The notes under the pieces were generated by a model, which was not told the origin of the DNA, searched no databases, and saw only the letters and a program-made list of their open reading frames with translations. The position numbers were made by a program, and so were the translations under genes. 64,000 nucleotides of DNA. It comes from Octopus vulgaris (Eukaryota). The stretch spans positions 34,782,001 through 34,846,000 of the forward strand of contig OX597823.1 in the NCBI GenBank assembly GCA_951406725.2. Direction: 5' to 3'. Positions 26,049-38,583 of this stretch are shown here, piece by piece (the first letter of the stretch is position 1; every line of letters begins with the position of its first letter).

Positions 26049-26452
26049 CAGTTCTATATTTAAGAGATGAGAAATTATGTACATTATTTACATTATTTAC
26101 ATTTGACAGATATTTGTTCTCATCTTGTTCGTTGTTAACACAAAGTTTCGGCTGATATCAGGTGTCTTGGGGAAATTTCGAACCTGGGTTCTCATTCCTA
26201 AGCCATTGACATAGTGGTTAAGAGCGCAGGCTTCTAACCCCAAGATTCTGAGTTCAATTCCAAGCAGTGACCTGAATAATAATATAAGAAGAAGAAGAAC
26301 ATCGTAAAATACCTTAGAAATGAGAACCCAGGTTTGAAATTTCCCTGATGAAGGCTGGAGGGTATATCAGCCGAAACGTTGTGTTAACAACAAACAAGAT
26401 GAGGACAAATATCCGTCAAATGTAAATGATGTAAATAATGTAAATAATGTAC
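26049..26452 (+). mobile_element. tRNA-headed, hammerhead-containing short element with an inverted copy of its own 3' end
   Basis: A box 26207-26217, B box 26252-26261, HHR core CTGATGA 26345-26351 and GAAAC-GTT 26373-26380. Arms 26078-26202 and 26313-26452. Confidence 0.75.
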
Positions 26453-27469
26453 TGTATGTATTTCCTGAAATACATACAGTACGTACTATGTGAAACCTAA
26501 TTTACCATCATCTTAATCCAACATTGCATTACGCTTGCAGTCAAGACACATTACTTCTTTTAATCTATTGATCAGAGACAAAAAAAAACCCACCATAGAT
26601 ATCACTTGTATTATATGGTTAAGTGATTAGTATTGATAAAGCTGCTAATCTTCAGGGAAAACACTTTATCCAATACTTGTAAATTTTCAGAGCCAATTTA
26701 GACGATGGTAAATATGAAAATGCATGGGAAAGAGTATATTTATGAAGCAACAAATACACAACTTCATGGCTAAAGACAAGCTACTGAATACTAACTGGGC
26801 TTGTTACATCAGCAGCCTTCATCCTTATAATAAGAACCAAATCGTAATCCCCAGTCCTTCTGATGAGAAGGATAAATGTTAATTCGGTAATGGCTAAATT
26901 ACACTTTAATCTCATCAACTAATCCTAGCTTGCTGTCTCATACCATAACTTCCTTAATCCATTAATCTTATGAAGTGTGATTTAGCTTTCAACAAATTTC
27001 ACAACATTACTTTGAAAAAGCTGCTTTAAACTTAGAGTTAAGTATAAAAAACAGTGAGTTTTTGTTTTCACTGAGATAGCTAAACCGATTGCTAATACTT
27101 ACAACCCTGATGTTCATGACAATCACACTGTTCTCCTCTCTTTTAACAAAAGTTGTTGGAAAGGTTGTTGCTTTTGTAGTCAAAATATAACTTTACATCT
27201 CTAGCAAACACTTTTTTAAAAGTTATAACGCTTTACAAATTACATAATAAAATATACACCAATACATATGGCATACACACCAGTATATAGGTTATATACA
27301 TCACCCCATCAGTCATACATACCAACCTGTTATTCTTACTAACACAGCAATTATATACACCAACAAATGTGCTATATTCAACAACACATATTAGACACAG
27401 TAATATACGCATTATACATGCCATATACTGCAGCGACGGCGTGTGGCATGCACGTTTTCCTCGATCAAG

Positions 27470-28560
27470 AGCGAGAAATTTTTGGCTATGAATGGACATC
27501 CAGAGACGATGTGGTCTCATTGTGACTGGTAGCATATTCTGCATTTGGTGTTAGAACCTGTTTTCATTATTTTGCTTTTATAGTTGTTTGTGGTCAGGCA
27601 TTGGTCTTGTGCAGTGAGAATTAGTCCTTCCATTTCTGCTTTTAGTCCAAAGCTTTTAGACCATTGTTGGCTTTCACTTAGGCTCACTTTTTCTCTACCA
27701 ATCCTTGCAGGGTATTGGCAATGGAATGATTTTTCTCTCCCTTTCTTCAGGTCTGTTTTCATGTTGTCTCTTTGACCATTTCTTCGGCATCAGTGCTTCA
27801 GAATAATTTGTTTCTGTTTTGTATTTTATTACCATGTATAGAGAAAAGCACTCTATTCTTCGATGTTGCTTTATTACAAGTAGTAGTTACCCACTTTTTA
27901 TTTTCAAGTATTTTTTTTAGTCCTTCTGCTATTATTTTATAGTACTTCTCTATCTTTATCAGGTTGCATCCTCCTTCTAAAGTAGGTATATTTTGTTTGT
28001 GTCTGCTTTGGAATGGTGACTCTGGTATGTTGTTAATAGTTTCCTGGTCTTTTTTATCAAAGTTTCTCAATTCACTAATTTTCCAATTTATTCTGTTGAA
28101 GCTGTAATTTATGACTGGTATAGCTTACATGTTTATCCCTATCATAGTTTTAGCATTAAGTTCGGTTTTTAATATTAGTTTAACTCTTTTATAATATTCT
28201 TTCCTAATTTTCTCTTTCCTTTCTATGCATTGTATTTTAACTATTTTGTCGATTCCTGCATTCTGGTCTAATTCTCTAATTTCTGTTTCTATGTCAAGTG
28301 CTGTGTTTTCAGTGTTGATTGATTTGTATCTTTTTAATGTAACTTTAGTACATTTGTCCAATCTTATTTTCATCCTGATGTCTTTGTTGAAACTCTGAAC
28401 AATTTCGGGGAGGTTTCCCTGTTCAGTAATATTCTTAAAAGAAATTTTAAGCCATCCATATATAGGGGGTGATTTATAGTTTGTCCATAGTGACTGTAAC
28501 TCATGGTTGTCTCATTCAACAAGTTTGTCATTGGGGTCAGAGCAAAGTAAAAGAGCAGAG
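27470..28560 (-). pseudogene. R4/Dong-like non-LTR retrotransposon RT to Zn-knuckle fragment (related pieces ~33330-33800 plus, ~46650-46800 plus)
   Basis: LYMD, LDKC, KEKIRKEYYKRVKLILKTELNAK, LKAEMEGLILTAQDQCL and CRIC...HIVSGC. Confidence 0.8.
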
Positions 28561-29112
28561 GAACACTAATAAAAAAACTTAAGTCCCATAAGGATTTTAT
28601 TCTTTGTCCATCAAAGTCCTGAGTTCAAATTTCACTAGTGTCAGCTTTGCCTATCATTCTCTATGGATACTAAAAAAAAATAACAGTCATATACTAAGGC
28701 CAATTCAGTCAACTACAAGTCTCTCATATGAACATATCAGCCAAGTCATTGGTGAAGTGAAATCAGTTTATGCTTCCAATTATTGCTGTCTGTTGCTTTT
28801 CTCTCTCATGTCTTTTAATTCATAAATTTAAGAAATAAAGTTAACCATTTTGTAATATACAGATATTTATTATTTCATTGTAGGATTAAACAGGTAAGAA
28901 ATATACGGCCTTTGTATAGGGTGCTTCTGTAGAAGATATTTAATGCAAAGCTCATGGCTGTGTGGTTAAAAAGTCCACTTCACAACCATATGGTCTGAGG
29001 TTCAGTCTCCCTGTATGACACCTTAAGCAAATGTCTTCTACTATAGCTACAGACTGACCAAACCCTTGTGAGTGAATTTGGTAGACAGAAATTGTGTGGA
29101 AGCCCATTGTAC

Positions 29113-29143
<31 letters not shown>

Positions 29144-29293
29144 ATTCATAAATGAGGGCAAAGGAAAAAATTCCTAATGCCAAATATGCCGAAAAATTGG
29201 ACATATTGTCCATTAACTATATAATTTTTTCACAATACGTACTCTACTCGAAAAAAGGTCGACAGAAATTTCTAAAAAATTCCATTATTACCA

Positions 29294-29346
29294 TATCGGA
29301 CCGATTTCAGAGTTAGCTACTAAGAGCCCTCTCTTCGTCAGTGATA
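29294..29346 (-). ncRNA. Hammerhead ribozyme motif, slightly decayed
   Basis: Minus strand reads tatca-CTGACGA-agag...ctct-GAAA-tcg-GTC-cgata. Confidence 0.6.
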
Positions 29347-29574
29347 CATGTGGCAACAGAATTAAATGAGATACTTACCTATACCCATGGAAGAGGCAAA
29401 TACTAAGTCATGGGCACAACTAAGTACCCCAAATACATCCAAAATAGAAATACTCCAGCCCATTCGAGGCATGTGCGATTTGAACTGAGGCTCTCATAGA
29501 GTGAGTTAGTTAGTTCGGAAGTGAACACTTAAATTTATATCAAATGTGAGGACAAAATTCTTTTCTAAAAAAAA

Positions 29575-29730
29575 AATTTTTTTTTTTTAAATATATTTTC
29601 TCGAAAAAAATTTCATCAATGGCCAGCATATTAATAATTGTTTATAAATTTAACCGTTACAGGTATTTTTTAATATGCTGGCCATTGATGAAATTTTTTT
29701 CGAGAAAATATATTTAAAAAATTTTTTTTT
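29575..29730. repeat. AT-rich inverted repeat with ~60-bp arms
   Basis: aaatatattttctcgaaaaaaatttcatcaatggccagcatattaa and its reverse complement. Confidence 0.85.
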
Positions 29731-30270
29731 ATTTTTTTTTTATCCTGATTGTCTGTGTGTGTGTCTTCTAGGATCTCAGACATCCTCCATCTGATTGCAC
29801 TCAAATTTGATATGTTGATACCAACGGTATCAGGGTGTGTTGAAAAAATTACAAAAATTGATTCCAGGTGAGAATGCAATCGATAAAGCTGTTTTTGTCC
29901 TGCTTTTCTTCCGTCAACCTGTACACAACTGCACCTTCCATTTTTTGTTGTTTTTGCACTGCTTAGAGGCACGTTTCTTTCCTGCCAACCTTACTGTTTA
30001 AACCATGTTTGTGTTCTCCCAGTCAACAGCCTTATCATTACTGGTACTTTAAACTTTTCAGTTGCATATTTGTGGGAATAAAATTGTTTTTCTTTGGAAT
30101 AGAAAAAAAGTCTATCTTTATTTCTTCTTTTGCTGGTGTCTCAAATTTAGGTTAAATCAGTGTTTCTCAAAGGGGATGCCTATGGGATGGTCGGACAAGT
30201 TGTTTTGAGAAAATTTGGTTTAAATGTTTGACAACTCAGCACCGTCCATTGGACAGGGGGTGTTTTGCTC

Positions 30271-30312
<42 letters not shown>

Positions 30313-30459
30313 AGAGTTTACAAAAAAACAAAGGACGAAGACAGGTGGTGTACAAAACAAACAGATGTATTAGTATAACACTCAGGAATAGAAAAAGTCC
30401 TTTACGTTTCGAGCCTACACTCTTCTATAAAAAGGGACACAGAAAAAACAATGAGAGAA

Positions 30460-30537
30460 AATATATATATATAATAATATGAATAAATATATATATATAT
30501 ATAATAATATAATAATATATATAATAATATAAATAAT

Positions 30538-30610
<73 letters not shown>

Positions 30611-30740
30611 ATACATACATACATAAATACATACATATATACATACATACATACATACATACATACATACATACATACATACATACGTATATACATACAT
30701 ATATGTACATACTTACATCTATATGTATATATATATGCAT
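30460..30740. repeat. Compound (TA)n/(TACA)n microsatellite (similar blocks 31165-31405, 41730-42095)
   Basis: Direct inspection. Confidence 0.95.
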
Positions 30741-30915
30741 ATGCGGGCACAGGATGTCACAAAAGAGAACAACAAAAAGTATGAAGCACAAGTACATGAA
30801 ACAATGAATTATTCTTTCGAATAACGAAAGACATAAATGGAAAACAAAACAAACAACATAAGGAACGACCCTTCATCAGTTGTTGGCTGTTTTACTTGTC
30901 TCGTATTTCAAGAAT

Positions 30916-30957
<42 letters not shown>

Positions 30958-31026
30958 ACTAGATGTGGATCATTGGCTATTCTTTTCCTGTGTCTTCCTT
31001 TTCCCTTGGACTTTGCTCTGTCTCCT

Positions 31027-31061
31027 GTTTCTGAAGAAGAGCTTTGCTTGAAATGTAAAAC
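31027..31061 (+). ncRNA. Minimal hammerhead motif, CpG-decayed
   Basis: gttt-CTGAAGA-agagc-ttt-gctt-GAAA-t-GTA-aaac. A related inverted, decayed piece lies at ~30396-30440. Confidence 0.55.
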
Positions 31062-31187
31062 TACCTTTATTTCTTTCCCTGAGCATTTGCTAATACTTTG
31101 CGCGTGCCACGTCCTCGCATTGTTGTTTTTTCTTGCGTTTTTCTTCATTTTGGGGATTAATTACATGTGTGTGTGTGTGTGTGTGTG

Positions 31188-31220
<33 letters not shown>

Positions 31221-31273
31221 TGTGAGTGTGTGTGTGTGCATATGTATATATATATATGTATATATATATATGT

Positions 31274-31329
<56 letters not shown>

Positions 31330-33022
31330 TACATACATATATATATATATACACATACACACACATATACATATACATGTGTATCTGTGTGTGTGTGTGT
31401 GTGTAGAACTAAATGTGTGTCTTTGTGTCCATGTCTGCACCACCACCCCCTACTGCTTGACTACCATAACCAATAAAAATAAGTACCAAACTTAATATAT
31501 AGATAGGCAATGGGCACAATTTCTCCAACTAAAAATTCTTGAAAGCAGTGCCCCAGCATGGCCACACAACCCAGTGACCAAAACAAGTAAAAAATAAGAA
31601 AGATAAACGATAAGTATCTATTCTCCCATTAGGTTCACCACAAACTGTATTTAACACGATAAAGCCATTGCAAAGGCTGCAGTGATATATGAACCTTTAA
31701 AATCCTATCATGGTTCTGTGGATTCTTTAGTCTCTCCGGAATGGATGATATGCACTGCAGTCTGTCTCTATAAAATAGATAATCATTCTCAATAAGAATT
31801 CTAAGAGAAAGGGAATCGAAATATGGGTCAAATTATGTCCAGACTTCACTGGTTTTATTGATTTGCTTTAAAACACACACACTCAAACATATATACATGT
31901 TGGCACATATTCAAACAGATAGAGATACATATATACACATACACACACACACATATGTATGTCCAAGCCTGTGTGCATATGTGTGTGCATGTGTGTGTGT
32001 GTGTATGTTGTGTATGTGTGTGTGTGTGTGTGTGCGCGCGCATGTGCGCTAAATATTACATGACACATATGTGGATGAACAAACACATGCATATAAGCAT
32101 ACAGACATATATATGCAGCCACATACACACACACACAAGAACACATATGTACACACACACATAAGGCATACATACATGCGCACACATAAATACATAACTC
32201 TTGCATATAGACACATGGACAGCTGTACACATAGACATTTAGGCATACACACATCTAACACACACACACACACACATAGATACGCACACACACACACACA
32301 CACATACACATGCACACACATGCATACGGACTTTTGACATGCATAGAATAGGGGATACACTGTCCCACATATATATACAGAATAGAGACAAACGGACATG
32401 TATATAGGTGAAGCAGTGAGTGAGAGCTTTAAGTTTTATGGTATTGTTTTGGCGAAGCACCAAATGCAGTCACTACTGCATCACATTATGCTGCATCATC
32501 ATCGTCGTCGTCGTCGTCGTCATTGTCGTCGTCATCATCATCATCATGATCATCACCATCATCATCATGATGATCATCATCATCATGATCATCATCATTG
32601 TCATGTGAGTTAAAACAAATAATATATTAGAAGCTGCATTTTGCTTTCAACTTTATTGTTACAGCTGGATATTGTTAGCTCAATACCAGTAATGTGCTGG
32701 GACACCAACTTTATTGTTGGCATTCACTACCACCGCATCACCACCTTTAACAGCAATAGCAATGCCAGTTCCACCACCACCTCTCAACATCACCACCCTG
32801 ACACCAACACCACCAACACTACCATCCCAACTTGTGAGCATCCCCACTCCACAACACCACTTACAGGCATTCCCAACCCAATGCCAACACCACCTCACCA
32901 CCCCTATACCAGCAACACCCCCACTTCTAAACATCACCATCATCACCATCACCACAGTGACAGATATGTATGCAGTGGTTGAAAAGTCTTTATTAGCAAT
33001 GATGATGATATAACCGAAACTG

Positions 33023-33200
33023 TAAAAAGCACCCCATCCACACCCTGTAAAGGGGTTAGCATTAGGAAGGGCATCCAGTTGTAGAAACCAAGCCAAAATA
33101 GACATGGAGCCTGGGCAGTCCTTCAGCCGGCCAGCTCTTGTCAAACTGTCCAACCCATGCCAGCATGGAAAACAGACGTTAAATGATGATGATGATGGTT
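33023..33200 (+). mobile_element. RTE-family 3' end with GAT tail
   Basis: attaggaagggcatccag...ccatgccagcatggaaaacagacgttaaatgatgat. Confidence 0.8.
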
Positions 33201-33942
33201 GAGGTGGTGATGGTGATGACAAGGATGATGACGATGATGATGCATGTATGAATGCATATATTCTTCACCCTTGTATATGTGTAGAAATGCTTTTGCTGCT
33301 TAGTTATAATTACAATGTTCCCAATGAAAAAGCAAGACTAGACAGAAAAACAAGAAAAATAATTACTGCAATCTGCCATAGCCAGATGGTATTTACCGCA
33401 AGTACATGGAGACGGTGGGGTGGACCTTATGCAGCTAGTAAACTATTATAAAATGACCAGGACTACAAAGATGTCTAGTAAAGGATTAAGGAAAACTAAT
33501 ACAAATAGCAACAAACCCCTAATGAATAAAAAATCCCTATTTTCTGTCTTCAAAGAAATGCAGTGAATTCAACAAATTAAGGGCCAAAGTGAGAAACAGT
33601 TGTGAAGAAAAAGGAAGAAGAACAAGAGGAATTGTAAAATGCCATTATATAAACTAGAAATTCAGCAACATAGATGGGAAAGAAACAATCTTTTTTCCTT
33701 AGCTCCATTTTCGTGTAGGTCAGTAAATCTATCTGGCAAAAGTATAAATGCAATGCCTGAAGGGTCACCTGCACTAAAATGGAGTTAATGAAAAGAGATC
33801 CAGATTCATAACAATTAAGAGTAATCTTAAGTAATATCATATGAATATGAAACATTGTTACCTAATGATCCTGCACGGTGTAGAAACATGTGTTGTGATG
33901 TATTAATAAAGCCTATGAATGTTATTATTTGTTGATGTTTAT

Positions 33943-34440
33943 AAGGCAGTAAGCTGGCAGAAACGTTAACACATTGGGTGAAATGCTTAGCGGTATTTCA
34001 TCTGTCTTGAGTTCATGTGGGATGATATCAGCAGCTGGGGAGCTGACCAGAACTTGGGGCTGACTGGAAGAGGAAGAGGCAGGAGTGACGCGCATGCAGG
34101 CATGGGAGCATTGGGCCTTTTCGATCGGGGTAGCCGACAGAGCTGGACGTGTGAGCGCTTTGTCAAGGTAAGGGAAATGCAGCTGCTATTTTTAGCATTC
34201 GGGTCAGGCCACATGGAAGGGTGCATTACCACCAGAGAGGTCTGCACCAAAGAAGAGAAGGTAGATGTTTTTATTTCAAATCTCCCACATACACCACAGT
34301 TCAAATTCCACTGAGGTCTACTTTGCCTTTCATCCTTTCAGGGTCAATAAATTAAGTACTAGTTGTGAACTGGGGTCAATCTAATTGACTGGTCCCCTCC
34401 CACCAAATTTTAGGCCTTGTGCCTAGAGTAAAAATGATTA
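33943..34440 (+). mobile_element. SINE family B interrupted by a solo LTR
   Basis: Head at 33943-34015; the SINE resumes at 34299 with gttcaaattcc. Confidence 0.85.
34016..34298. mobile_element. Solo LTR, 283 bp
   Basis: TGTGG...CCACA termini and a perfect 5-bp TSD GTTCA (34011-34015, 34299-34303). Confidence 0.85.
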
Positions 34441-34534
34441 TTCGTTATTGTGTGTTTGTGTGTGTGTGTGTGGCATGTGTGTGACCAAATCTGTAACCAT
34501 TTGGTTGGGAAGCAAACTTCTTAACCACACAGCC

Positions 34535-34576
<42 letters not shown>

Positions 34577-36040
34577 CTGAGCTGGGTGTAAGTCCGTTAA
34601 TCTCTGTTAATCGTTAATTAATGAAGTTAATATTTTCATTAATGATTTAAATTTCAAGTTAAACTTTGAAAACCATTATCAGAGTAATTAACTTCCGTTA
34701 CATTTAGCTTCCATTAACTCAAGTCCATCAACCCAAAAATTTCATAAAAACTGGTAGATGTTTAAAAGTTTCTATTGTTTTTATGTTGTCTTAGAAAAGA
34801 TGCATTAAGAATTTCAATTTTAGTGTTTATCCATAATGTTATTGCTTTTACACCTGTTAATTAAATTTACTAGCCCATAAAAGTCAAACTTACTCAGCAA
34901 GATCAGCTAAACTTACATAACTATAAACCAGTCATATATAAAGCACCCACCGACAGAATTTCAAATCTGTATGTAAAAAATTTACCAAGTTACAAGCAAA
35001 TATTTTGGACACCATTCTTGAACCTGAATAATTCAAAATAATGTGAACTATGTGAAATAATGTGAAATAATTACTTTTGACAGATTAAAATGGACACTAA
35101 AGATGTTTTAAGTGATTTTTTCTTACACACACACACATAACACAGCCTCTCTCAGTTGGGAGTACATATATGTTACTTTGACATCATCATTCCATAAATT
35201 TTGCTTATGGGAAGAAAAATATTCAAAATTATCAATACATGTGTGAGTGAGAAAGAAACGAGGAGGGAGATTTTAGGATGTGCTAGAAACAACAGCTAGA
35301 TCTCCCTTAAATCACACATTTTCCTCTGAAATTATTAACAATATTCTTTTTAAACTGAAAATGTTTCTCTCATGGGTTTTAAGTGTGTAGTGAAAAAGAA
35401 AATGGCCGAAATCATTTTGGACTGAGGTGGTGAGGGGGTGGCGAGAGTGAACACAAAAAAACTTCAAAATTCTTTTCTTTTTTTTCTTGGAAAGATGCCT
35501 CTCATCATTCTGATGACTTTGGTGAGAAACATTGAAAAATTCCCTGTCAAAACAGAGAAATTCCAACTTATGTGGGCCATCTGATCTGAAACTCCATTTC
35601 CAGAAAAACCTCCCCCACACCCACTTCCAAAACTTTTGCTTACATTGCAATCGTAATCTGAACTGTGTGAAAGGTATTTGTATAAGATTTCATTAAAAAA
35701 TACCAATTTTCCAAAAAGTTTTTAGGGGGAAAATGTCAGGTCCTGTGAATTTTCTGAAACTCCACCTCTCAACCCCTCAGAAAATCTTTTTCCAAAAAAT
35801 CCTTATATAAACTCAATCTACAGGATATAAGCAATTATTTCGTGAAAGTTTCGTTTAAAAGTATCCATTTTTCTAGAAGTTAATAGGCAGCAAAGTAGAT
35901 GGGGTATTAAACTGTAGATATGTCTTTTTTCAATGCATTTTAACGTTAGTGGATTAACATTAACTTTTGTTACATTTTCAAAGAATTAACGGATTAGTGA
36001 TTAACAAAGTTGACTTTTTGATTCCCAGTGCCCACCTCTG
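34577..36040. mobile_element. Possible hAT-like non-autonomous DNA transposon
   Basis: Ends ctgagctggg and cccacctctg form an 8/10 inverted match, with gttaa/ttaac-rich subterminal regions. Confidence 0.4.
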
Positions 36041-36078
36041 TATATGTATACATGTATATATGTATGTATGTATATATA

Positions 36079-36330
36079 TCATCATCATCATCATCATCGT
36101 TTAACATCCGCCTTCCATGCTAGCATGGGTTGGACAATTTGACTGAGGACTGGCGAACCAGATGGCTGCACCAGGCTCCAATATTGATCTAGCAGAGTTT
36201 CTACAGCTAGATGTCCTTCCTAACGCCAACCACTCTTAGAGTGTAGTGGGTTCTTTTACATGCCACTGGCACCGGGGGGGGGGCAGTCAGGCAGTACTGG
36301 CAACGACCTCGCTCGAATGTTTTTTTCACG
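36079..36330 (-). mobile_element. RTE LINE 3' end
   Basis: (cat)n-cgtttaacatccgccttccatgctagcatgggttgg. Confidence 0.85.
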
Positions 36331-37900
36331 TAATGGGATCCCTCAGTTGTTGGCATTGAACTGTCATCCTTTCTTTGAGGGTAAGTCTCCTTCAATGTAC
36401 TCGCAACCCATAAAATAATAAAAAGCAAAAGACAACCCAAATCCCTAAAAAAACCCTACTCACCAATGCAAAATTACCCAACACAAGTCCACCGCCCACC
36501 GTCAAAAAATGTGGTCGTTCCAGCTGCAGGACTTGCATCCACCTCATTGAAGGAACGATGTACAAATTCCAGTCGGGATACACTTTTGTCATAAAAAATA
36601 GCTTCACCTGTACACCAAAGAATTTACTCTATCCCATAAGGTGTGAAGGGTGCCACAAAGATTACATAGGGCAAACGAGCCTTACCCTCAGAGAAAGGAT
36701 GACAGGTTCACCGCCAACAACTGAGGGATCCCACCATAAGACAGATACCACTTAGTGGGCATTTAGATCTCTGTACACACAAGTCCCCCAAATTCCTAGT
36801 TTTCCCACTATACCAATGCCCGGACAACACCACTAACCAAACACAAATAAATAGGGAAAATAATCTTATTCAAAAATACAGACCACAACTCAACATACTT
36901 TAACATACCCACCCCCACAAGTACACATCCAAAACAAACACACACAGAAACACTTACAGATATACAAAATCACACACAAAAACAATGCAAACCTCTGACG
37001 CAAATACACACATATATACATACACACACATGTACAAACACAATATCCCCACACTAGAGCACAAACCCACACACATTCCAAGAAAAAACACATACATATA
37101 TACACTTGCAATATGATTCTAGCAACTATAACCAACACTCACACACACATACACACATATGTAAACACGTACATGCACACAACTATACCTTAGAATAACA
37201 CAAATACACATGCAAATATGAAAAATGATACATTCAAGAGATTACCAAGAATGAATTAAAAAACAATCCCAATCACTGCTATAATCCACAACGAATCACT
37301 TTTAGGTCCCTTGACCATTTAACATCCTGCTACTATCGTACCACTTGCATTCCTTTATTATTCTCTCTTCTCTTTCCCATTCTTCTTCATCTTCTTCCTC
37401 TCCACCATCTCCTTCCTTACTTTACTACTATTGCTGTTTAGAATAACACCTATGCAAATTTTATAAACAAAACATTCAAAAGAGATGTCTCAAGAATTCA
37501 ATCACTACTACCATCCACAACAAGTCACTTTCAGGGCACTTGACCATTTAACATCCTACTACTATCATGACACTCCTGCATCATCATCATCCTCTTTCTC
37601 CTCCTCCTCCTCCTCCTTCTTCTTCTTCTTCTTCTTCTCTGCCAAGGATTCACAACGACCTCAAACCCACAAGAGTAAACAAGAGAGACAGAGACAGACA
37701 GAAACAAGGAAAATGCCCCTTGTATTTGAATACTACGCAAATATTCTTTTAAAAAACTTACCTTTTAATTTTTCCAAAATTTAACTATTTTCCATACTTA
37801 CAGTTGAAAAAGTCTCAATGACTGAAACCAGTACTGAAATGTGTTTTTATAAAACTATTTTAGCATTTTCTACCTTGACTTTTTTTTCCATATATATCAA
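36330..37900 (+). mobile_element. Penelope-like element 3' part: GIY-YIG endonuclease relic, 3' UTR and decayed HHR, with a short 5' inversion
   Basis: CGRSSCRTC...FTCTPKNLLYPIRCEGCHKDYIGQTSLTLRERM at ~36510-36700. HHR-like cag-TTGAAAA-agtc-tcaat-gact-GAAAC-ca-GTA-ctg at 37801-37836. Confidence 0.8.
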
Positions 37901-38020
37901 CCCATGTGTTCCTTTTCAACCTTATATATATATATATATATATATATCCTGGAACTCCATCAATTATGACAACAAGGGCTCCAGTTTTTTCCATATATAA
38001 CATATATATGTTCCTTTTCA

Positions 38021-38059
<39 letters not shown>

Positions 38060-38493
38060 TGGAACTCCATCAATTATGACAACAAGGGTTCCAGTTGAGC
38101 TGTTCAATTGAACAGCTCACTCCACAGACACACATCCCCTTCATCTAGATTCTCAGGGAGATTCAGCTTGACACAAAATGTGACATAGCTGGCCCTTTTT
38201 GAATTACAGGTACAACTCGTTTTCAGCAGCTGAGTGGACTGAAGCAATGTGAAATAAAGTCTCTTGCTCAAGGAGACAATGTGCTGCTGGGAATCAAATT
38301 CACAGCCTTACTCTTATGTGGCAAATACCTCTAACCACTAAACCACACACACACACACACATAAATATATAGGTTAAAACAGTAAGAAAAGACAAACGAT
38401 TAGGCAAGGCAGGACAAGGACATCCTGATAAAAACTCCTCATATCCTATATATATATATATTAATTTATATATATTTATATATATTAATTTAT

Positions 38494-38546
<53 letters not shown>

Positions 38547-38583
38547 AATTAATATATATATATATTAATTTATTTATATATTT

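Noticed and set aside
26203-26272. tRNA gene
   Set aside because: No acceptor stem pairing and decayed boxes, so it is treated as a tRNA-derived head. The same applies to 8560-8635 and 24926-25000.
26690-26744. Short plus-strand exon ANLDDGKYENAWERVYL-stop
   Set aside because: Too short to distinguish from chance after an acceptor-like motif.
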